Shown here one piece after another: positions 1 to 7,290 of a stretch of DNA of 38,773 bases (its first letter is position 1; each line of letters opens with the position of its first letter). Made by a program: the position numbers and the translations under genes. Origin of the DNA: Cladosporium halotolerans (Eukaryota). The stretch spans positions 186,001-224,773 of the forward strand of contig NW_027191488.1 of assembly GCF_011745625.1 (NCBI RefSeq), written 5' to 3'. The notes under the pieces were generated by a model that saw nothing but the letters and a program-made list of their open reading frames with translations, had not been told where the DNA came from and did no database searches.

Positions 1-29
1 TCCAAAGGTTCGGGATCAGAGGTACTTAC

Positions 30-144
30 GAGTGTTGTCGAAGTCGTACACATGGACAGCCTTGACCACCTCGACTGGGGGCAGCTGACGGTCGCCGCAG
101 GACCAGCGCTTGAGCGCCGTGACAGATCGCACCGGCCCAGACAT
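30..144 (-). CDS. First coding exon (partial gene running off the window start) of a fungal 'Swiss Army knife' RNA-repair-like HAD-domain protein (HAD_SAK_1-like)
   Basis: Minus strand from ATG 144 reads MSGPVRSVTALKRWSCGDRQLPPVEVVKAVHVYDFDNT, then a GTAAGT donor at 29-24. 'HVYDFDNT' is a HAD motif I (DxDxT), and the preceding 'RWSC..LP' resembles this fungal family. An upstream in-frame ATG at 261 is an alternative start. Confidence 0.65.
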
Positions 145-424
145 GCTAGACAGCCTGCTATATCGTCTCGCGACCACAGTAGAAGTACGCGAAAGGATGC
201 GCGACTGCAAATGGAGCTGTGTCTGGGTCGTCTTTGCGCTGCAGCTTCTCCAGAAATGCATGTGAATTCGAAGCGGACTCTGGTGACGGCAGGCGCATCG
301 ATCAGTCCGCTAGCGCCGCCTCGGCCCGTCGGCTCGCGAAGGCCAATCCACCGGGCCCTGCGTCTCGCCCTCTGACTTCTGGAGTTTTCTCGTCCCAGAG
401 CCGGTTTGAGCAACGAAAACCCAC

Positions 425-2602
425 ATGGCTGCACAGAAGAGCGCTCCCGCCAGGGTTTCAAATGGCCAGACGAACGGTATGAAGAGGAAACGCCAGGACG
501 GACCCAAGCAGAACAACCCTCTGCAGAACAAAAAAATAAAATTGCTGGAATCGCGGAAGAAGTTGCCCATCTGGTCGCGCCAACAAGATATCAAGGCAGC
601 CCTGGAAAAGAACGATGTACTCGTGCTTTCTGGTGAGACTGGCTCCGGTAAATCGACACAGCTTCCGCAGTTCCTTCTGGAATCGAAATGGTGTTCGAAG
701 TGCGTCGCTGTCACCCAACCGCGCCGTGTGGCGGCCATCAGCTTGGCTCGCCGCGTGGCTGAGGAAATGGGCACGCCTTTGGGCAAATCCAGTCCGGCTA
801 GCAAGGTTGGCTACAGTGTCCGTTTTGATGATTCAACGAGTCCCAGCACTCGCATCAAATATCTGACCGAGGGTATGCTGTTGCAAGAAATGCTGCGCGA
901 CTCTGCCATGAGCCAGTATAGCTGTGTTGTGGTCGATGAGGTCCACGAGAGAAGCGTCAACGTTGATCTTATTCTTGGATTTTTGAAAGGTCTTGTAAAG
1001 GGGATCAACAAGAAGAGGAAGACTCCGTTGAAGGTAGTGGTCATGAGTGCTACGGCTGATGTGGCGGGTATTGCTCGTTTCTTTGACGAACCAATGCCAA
1101 GCGACAAGGCTTCTGGCACTGATGGTGACGAAGAGGATGACTTGAATGAGGCGAAGATCAATGGTGATGCTCCCAAGCGGCCTGTCGCGTCACCAAAGCC
1201 TGTGTCTACCTGTCACGTGGAAGGTCGTCAGTATCCTGTGAAGCTATCTTACTTGGACCGACCAACAGACGATGTATTACAGACGGCATTTGAACGGATC
1301 TTCAAGATACATTGCAAGGAACCAATGCCTGGAGACATTCTGGTCTTTCTCACTGGACAAGAGACCATCCAAAGCTTGCAAAAGTTGATCGAAGAGTACG
1401 CTGTCAATCTCACAGCAGATTATCCCAAACTTCTCGTTCTGCCACTTTTCGCTGCACTCCCACAACATGCGCAGCAACGCATTTTTCAGTCGGCGCCTCC
1501 GAACACCCGCAAAGTCATACTCTCTACAAACATTGCAGAGACTTCCGTCACCGTGCCTGGCGTCAGATTTGTTGTTGATACCGGCAAAGCCAAGATCAAG
1601 CAATTTCGCAATCGCCTGGCACTCGATTCTCTTCTGATCAAACCCATTTCACGCTCATCTGCCGATCAGCGCAAGGGTCGTGCCGGCCGTGAGGCTCCTG
1701 GACAGTGTTACCGCCTTTACACTCAAGAAGGCTACAATAGCCTGGAGAAGAACGCCACACCGGAAATCTTGCGCTGCGATCTGTCTGCCGCTGTTCTTAC
1801 AATGAAAGCTCGAGGCGTGCCTGACCCTCTCTCTTTCCCTTTCCTGACGCCCCCACCTCGAGACGCAATGGAGAAAGCCCTCCTTCAGCTCCTTCAACTC
1901 TCAGCCCTTGCCGAAGATGGCTCGATCTCAGTCACTGGTAAAGCTATAGCCCGACTGCCGCTCACGCCTACTCTTGGTCGAGTCATACTCAGCTCCGCCC
2001 GATCGGATCCTCCTTGCCTGCGCGAGACAATCGACATTGTTGCCTGTCTTTCTGTCGAGAACATCTTCGTGAACGTTGAAACAGAGGAGACTCGCGAGCA
2101 AGCCGCAGATGCTCGCGGACAGCTTTATCGCCGCTCGGGTGATCACATGACTCTCCTGGCCGCAGTGCAAGCATATGCCGCCGAAAACTCCGATCGCAAG
2201 GCTTGGGCCGAGCGTCACCTTATCTCGCACCGAGCAATGCAGAGCGTCATGGATGTCCGCAAGCAGCTGCGCGCACAGTGTTTGCAAGCAAAGCTGCTTC
2301 CGTCGGGTTCTTCTTTCAGCGACGGAGATGACGAGGGTGTCAGTTCTGCGGACGAAGAACTGACTGAACGGATCTTGAAAGCTTTCTTGTCTGGATTCGC
2401 CAACAACATCGCTCGTCTGTGTCCGGATGGGAGCTACAAGACTTTTGTTGGGAACCAGACGGTCTCGATTCATCCGAGCAGTGTGCTGTTTGGACGGAAA
2501 GTGGAAGCATTGGTTTACAATGAGTTCGTATATACGAACAAGGCCTACGCGAGGGGCGTCAGCGCGATTCAATTGAAGTGGCTGGAAGATTTGTTCACAT
2601 AG
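425..2602 (+). CDS. DHR2: DEAH-box ATP-dependent RNA helicase, Dhr2/Prh1/DHX33 type (ribosome biogenesis), 725 aa, single exon
   Basis: Motifs GETGSGKST, TQPRRVAA, DEVHER, SAT, STNIAETSVT and QRKGRAGR, plus an HA2/OB-type C-terminus. The short basic N-terminus lacks the long extensions of the Prp2/16/22 splicing helicases. Confidence 0.85.
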   Translation: MAAQKSAPARVSNGQTNGMKRKRQDGPKQNNPLQNKKIKLLESRKKLPIWSRQQDIKAALEKNDVLVLSGETGSGKSTQLPQFLLESKWCSKCVAVTQPRRVAAISLARRVAEEMGTPLGKSSPASKVGYSVRFDDSTSPSTRIKYLTEGMLLQEMLRDSAMSQYSCVVVDEVHERSVNVDLILGFLKGLVKGINKKRKTPLKVVVMSATADVAGIARFFDEPMPSDKASGTDGDEEDDLNEAKINGDAPKRPVASPKPVSTCHVEGRQYPVKLSYLDRPTDDVLQTAFERIFKIHCKEPMPGDILVFLTGQETIQSLQKLIEEYAVNLTADYPKLLVLPLFAALPQHAQQRIFQSAPPNTRKVILSTNIAETSVTVPGVRFVVDTGKAKIKQFRNRLALDSLLIKPISRSSADQRKGRAGREAPGQCYRLYTQEGYNSLEKNATPEILRCDLSAAVLTMKARGVPDPLSFPFLTPPPRDAMEKALLQLLQLSALAEDGSISVTGKAIARLPLTPTLGRVILSSARSDPPCLRETIDIVACLSVENIFVNVETEETREQAADARGQLYRRSGDHMTLLAAVQAYAAENSDRKAWAERHLISHRAMQSVMDVRKQLRAQCLQAKLLPSGSSFSDGDDEGVSSADEELTERILKAFLSGFANNIARLCPDGSYKTFVGNQTVSIHPSSVLFGRKVEALVYNEFVYTNKAYARGVSAIQLKWLEDLFT

Positions 2603-2679
2603 ACGAGATGTAGACAAAATAGAGTTCAATGGGCCAACTCGTCAATCATTTTTGTTCATAGATATTCAGGACTGACACG

Positions 2680-4713
2680 CTACCTCCTCCTCGGTCCGCC
2701 TCCCTCGCCACCACCTCTCTGATCCAAAGCAACCACTTCTTGAATGCCGGCAGCTTCTTGCTCATCCTCCAGCGCCTGAACCTCCTCACGCACATCCCAC
2801 CATCTGCTCTCCGCGCGAGCGAAAGCGGTCTTGCGGACCTCCTTCACGCTTCGTTCGGCAATGTCGTCGGTTCGACGGAACTTCATTTCGTGCAAGATGA
2901 TCTCCTGCCACTCAATGCCAGTACGAACGAAGAACTCGCGGAGAGACTCGAAAGGACGAGGGTACGGCAAGCCATCAGACTGCGCCGACGTGGCCTTCTC
3001 CTCGGTCTCGGTCTCCTCCGGCTCAGGAGCGGCCTCGGACGGAGCGACAGAGGTCGCAGGCGTGCTCTCGTCTTCAGATCCTTCCTCATCATCTTCCTCG
3101 TCTTCGTCGTCCTCATCCTCTTCGTCTTCAGACTCGTCTTCGCCCTGCCAGTCTTCGATCTCGCGCTTGAAGATCTCTTTCACGCCGTCCATCTTGCCCA
3201 GATCGAGGGACCACAGCTCGTCGAACGTGTACTCGCGGTCGCCCTTCTCAAATGTGCCACCGTAGATGAAGCACGTGTCGTCTTGGACCGCGAGCTGCGC
3301 GTTGAAGCGCGGGTGCGGGAATTCCCACAGGATGGGCTTTTCGATCTTCGCTGACTCTTCCTCGTCGCTGTCAGAATCGTCGGCTCCGGCGTTGGTAGCT
3401 GGTAAGGCGCCCTCGTCGTCTTCGCCAAGCTTTCCCTTCCCTTCGATCAGGGCGAGGTTACGGAGCAACTCCTCCTCATCGGCCTTGCCACGACCACGCC
3501 TGCCCTTGTCGGCTGGGGCGACTTTCTTCGCGTTCGCACGGGCGCGACGCAGGGTGAGCGGGAAGAAGCGGTTGCGGTCAATGTTGTAGGCGAACAGCTG
3601 GTTGAAGAACTCCGAGTCGATGCCTTCCTCGCTCTCTTCCACGTCATGCACGCCGCCGAACCACACGCCGCGACCCTTGTGATGGGCCATGGTAGCTCCG
3701 GCACGGGGAGGGTTAGGAGCATTTGCAGGGCGCTTGCGACGCTCCCAGCGGACGGTCGGCTGAGCGTTTGGCGGCGCGTCTGAGGCGGGAGGAGCGATAC
3801 GTAGGAACCAGGTGTCCTGGTGCAGCATGGGTTTCATGACGACGCGAGAGCCACCGCCTGAGGCGCCGGCTTTGCCACCTTTGCTTTTCATCGCGGCGTT
3901 GGCCTTCACTCGAGAATAGCCGCCGTAGATGACGGCTCCGGAGTCGTGCGGGAGGAAGGAGAAAGAGGAGCGGGCATCAGGCTTGCCGGAGGCTGGCGGC
4001 AGGGCGGGTGAGATCCATTTGAAGGTCTGGGTGTCGTAGAGCCAGACGTCTTGGAGGTACTTGGTTTGCTGGCTGGTGTCTTGGAAGCCACCGAAGATGA
4101 TGATGTAGTTTTTGAACGCGGTCATGCGGTGACCGCTGCGAGCTGGTGGGCTTCCTTTTTGGTCCAGTTTGGTCCATTCGCGAGTGCTCGGTTCGAGACG
4201 CCAGAAGTCGTTGTAGTGGTAGAATGTTCCTTGTTTGGGTGAAGAGAATTCGCCGCCGAAGAGGTAGATGGCTTTGTCGTTGCCGCCCTGACACCAGGCG
4301 TGACCGGAGCGAGGGAGCGGGCTGTTCGGGCTGGTGACCTTTCGCCAGGAATCAGAGTTCGTTTTGTACACGTAAAGCTCGTTGAAGAACTTCGCCATGG
4401 CACCATTGTAGTATTCTCCTCCGAACAGAAAGATTTCATTGTTGCTGGCGGGGTTGGCGACAATTGTAGCGCTGGAGCGGGCAGATGGAGGGTCCGAGAC
4501 GGTTTCGGTGACCTTCAAAAATTGCTCCTGTTGCTTCTGGTACTCGGCCAAGATTGCATCGATGTCGCCATCTTCAGCATCACTGTCGTCGGCAGCAGGT
4601 CCTCTGGCCTTGGTCTTCTTTTCCTTTTGGGTAGCCTTCTTTTCTTGCTTTTGAGCTACACGAGCCTTTTTGGCTTCTTTAGTCTCCTTGGACTTTTTCT
4701 TGTCTTTGGCCAT
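2680..4713 (-). CDS. KEL3: Kelch-repeat protein Kel3/KLHDC4 with acidic region and conserved C-terminal domain, 677 aa, single exon
   Basis: Lys-rich N-terminus; kelch blades (LFGGEYYNG, PLPRSGH, LFGGEFSSP, PPARSGHRM, FGGFQD, YGGYS); C-terminal 'PYPRPFESLREFF' block typical of KLHDC4/Kel3. Confidence 0.85.
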   Translation of the reverse strand: MAKDKKKSKETKEAKKARVAQKQEKKATQKEKKTKARGPAADDSDAEDGDIDAILAEYQKQQEQFLKVTETVSDPPSARSSATIVANPASNNEIFLFGGEYYNGAMAKFFNELYVYKTNSDSWRKVTSPNSPLPRSGHAWCQGGNDKAIYLFGGEFSSPKQGTFYHYNDFWRLEPSTREWTKLDQKGSPPARSGHRMTAFKNYIIIFGGFQDTSQQTKYLQDVWLYDTQTFKWISPALPPASGKPDARSSFSFLPHDSGAVIYGGYSRVKANAAMKSKGGKAGASGGGSRVVMKPMLHQDTWFLRIAPPASDAPPNAQPTVRWERRKRPANAPNPPRAGATMAHHKGRGVWFGGVHDVEESEEGIDSEFFNQLFAYNIDRNRFFPLTLRRARANAKKVAPADKGRRGRGKADEEELLRNLALIEGKGKLGEDDEGALPATNAGADDSDSDEEESAKIEKPILWEFPHPRFNAQLAVQDDTCFIYGGTFEKGDREYTFDELWSLDLGKMDGVKEIFKREIEDWQGEDESEDEEDEDDEDEEDDEEGSEDESTPATSVAPSEAAPEPEETETEEKATSAQSDGLPYPRPFESLREFFVRTGIEWQEIILHEMKFRRTDDIAERSVKEVRKTAFARAESRWWDVREEVQALEDEQEAAGIQEVVALDQRGGGEGGGPRRR

Positions 4714-5500
4714 GATGAAAAGCTCCGGGGGCTAGACCTGCGCGAGCGGAATATGCTGACTTGCGCTCGTTCCCAAACCGAAGGTCGAGGTCTGGAGCAA
4801 CAGCGGAATTCGAGGTGTGGAAAAAGTTCGCCACAACACAGTCATGCAGAGTGGTAACAGTGATTCTCATTACACGCACATGTCACCAACCGCGGCTTGA
4901 ATATACAGACTCATGCTGAACTTGATTTTTGATTCATGACTGTGAAGCAAAACATGATCGCGCGACCCTTGCTCGAGATCAGCAGATGTGAGACCGCCTC
5001 GTGCAAGGAAAGCTTCAAGCGTTTGACTTCACATCTTTCAGCTATCGGAAAAGGTTTTGCTTTCGATTTGCGTGAGTCCTGACATACCAAAATCCTGCGA
5101 AGAAAAATGCAGTGATGCTTCTTGATTCTATGGCCCTCTGAGACCATGCACGAGGGCAAAATGCGAGCGGGCATCAGGAGTCACGATCACGAGAATAGGA
5201 TAAAGCGACTTGCCTCAACCAATCGCGTACGTCTAGACGAATGGTTTCGTATACCAGTAGTCTAGACCGAAATTGACTATTTTGCCTTTCTCTATTTATG
5301 TTCCTGTTTCTTTGGAATCAAGCAATGAATCTATCCTATTTATTACAGGTACCTCCCCACCATTCCTGTGTCATCAGTCGGACCCCGCTAGCCCCGCCTT
5401 GAGAAAGTCGTAGTCTTCGGCTTGCTCACGCTCACCAAAGTCACTTTGGCCATCCCCATCCTGCGCACGATCCAAAAACTGCAACATCTTGAGCAAAGAC

Positions 5501-5510
5501 AAAAAGAAAA
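5501..5510 (-). terminator. Probable RNA Pol III terminator of tRNA-Arg
   Basis: TTTTCTTTTT on the minus strand ~22 nt downstream of the tRNA 3' end. Confidence 0.7.
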
Positions 5511-5532
5511 CTGATCCTCTGGTCGGAGGTTC

Positions 5533-5604
5533 AGCTCCACGCGGGACTCGAACCCGCAGCCTCGAGATTAGAAGTCTCGCGCGCTACCATTGCGCTAGCA
5601 GAGC
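5533..5604 (-). tRNA. tRNA-Arg, anticodon UCU, intronless
   Basis: Minus strand GCTCTGCTAGCGCAATGGTAGCGCGCGAGACTTCTAATCTCGAGGCTGCGGGTTCGAGTCCCGCGTGGAGCT folds as a cloverleaf: acceptor GCTCTGC/GTGGAGC, D stem GCGC/GCGC, anticodon stem CGAGA/TCTCG with loop CT-TCT-AA, T stem GCGGG/CCCGC with TTCGAGT. Confidence 0.95.
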
Positions 5605-6428
5605 GATTTCTGATAAATTCATTCATGTTTAGTTGAATATCAAAATTGGACATAGCCCTAGATGTAGCTCGCGAAGCCAGGCGACAAAGCCAGGCAACGC
5701 GCGCGCCAGGCTCTGAACGACAACAAAGAAGTCAACAATTATCAAAGCAGTTTCATGAAATGCGATAACAAAACTGGTTCCCTTCGTAACATGACGGTAT
5801 TATCAATCATTATTCTACTAGCTAGCAGAGTGATTTCTATTACTTCTTTGCGTCTTTGTTGAACATATAGCTGGCGCAGATGGTCGGGACTGACCCTAGG
5901 GTGTAGGACAAGCGGAGCCAGGCAGCCACAGCGACGCGACGTCACAGCGCTGAAGTTCCAGTCGAGGAAGGGTTGAGGATGTCTTAGATTCAAGGCCTAA
6001 AAAGATTGACGGCTAAGTCTGCAGGTCCACGGCGCAAGGATAAAATTAATATCAAAAAGCGGTGACGCGAGACGTGCTTAAGTAGCGATCTGCCCCATCA
6101 ACCAGGATTATTAGCCCTTGGAAGCGAATAGCTGGCTCGAAGCCCTCATTCAATCTGTCCTCTTTAGGCGCTTGACTCTGGTGCTTGAAAGTCAAGCCCA
6201 CTCGTAAAGACAGAGCACGACGGAGGGATGAAGCCGTCAATGAGTAGTGTGGCTCAGCGGTCTTCTGTCTGTCTTCCATCCATCCTCTGTCCTGTCGATA
6301 CAACCCTGATGATCCCACACTTGACGCTCTTGTCCAACCACGAGCATGGCAGCGGAGAAGGTAATAGTGTGTTCCTCTTGACCTGCCGCAGTCATATTAA
6401 GAGCACAGCAGTGGAGTCTCAACACAGT

Positions 6429-6977
6429 TCAACCATTGCTTCCATCCGCCAGCATATCATCAATAAGTTTCTTCGCATCATCTACAAGCTCCTTCTCCTT
6501 ATCCGCGCCAACCTTGTTGCCCATACTGTTCAACCAACCAATATCCTGATTGCCCATACCACCATTCGTGATACGCTCTGGTTGCTCAATGTTTTGCTGG
6601 GCTGGCCTACCCGGAGGACCTGAAGGCTGCTTAGGCGCTTGTACAGATATTGTTGAGAGGGTCGCCGCCTCAGGACTTATGATGCCTGCTTCTTCCAGCG
6701 CATATGCTTGTCTTCGTAGCTTTGCGACAACGGCTTGAAGGTTCTTATAGAAATCGTTGGAATTCTGTTGGAATGCGCTTTTGCGTGCGTCAAGACTGGC
6801 TGGCTCCTGTGTATTGTCCATGTTCGTGTCTTCATCACTGTCATTCGGCGCATTGAGTGGTGGATTGGTGAGCGCATTGATGGCTTGACCTGCTGCGGAG
6901 AGCATGGACGCAACGTCACTGTTAACCTCGGTGAGCTCGCGGATGCGATCCGCGGTAGACATCGTCTGAGAAGCCAT
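6429..6977 (-). CDS. MED11: Mediator subunit Med11, ~182 aa, single exon
   Basis: 'TADRIRELTEVNSDVASMLSAAGQAINALT...FYKNLQAVVAKLRRQAYALEEAGII...GMGNQDIGWLNS' matches filamentous-fungal Med11. ATG at 6977 (alternative 6962); the ORF-track start at 7034 is not ATG. Confidence 0.8.
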   Translation of the reverse strand: MASQTMSTADRIRELTEVNSDVASMLSAAGQAINALTNPPLNAPNDSDEDTNMDNTQEPASLDARKSAFQQNSNDFYKNLQAVVAKLRRQAYALEEAGIISPEAATLSTISVQAPKQPSGPPGRPAQQNIEQPERITNGGMGNQDIGWLNSMGNKVGADKEKELVDDAKKLIDDMLADGSNG

Positions 6978-7290
6978 GCTGGCTAGGAGATTCCAAGGCG
7001 AGCGTATCGCGGACTTGGATAGGATGGAAGTCAAGGTGTGGTTGAATGTAGGTGATAATCAGAGACACTCGCGCCACTAGTCAGCGGTCTACTTTGCCGG
7101 GCCTGCGCTAAAGAGCAGCCCACTTCCGCTCCGCGCGCGCCAGTCGCGACTTCACTCGAACACCAAAGCCACCCGGGGAGCGTCGCCGCCGACTGCGCTT
7201 GCGCCTTTGCCATCGCCGGATATCAAACGCTAATCAACTGCAACTTCCCGGATTGTCGCATCGAGTCGCATGCGTTAGACGAACGCAGCA

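Noticed and set aside
4815..4832. RRPE-like GGAAAAAGTTCG upstream of KEL3
   Set aside because: Only a partial match to TGAAAAWTTT, with no PAC element nearby.
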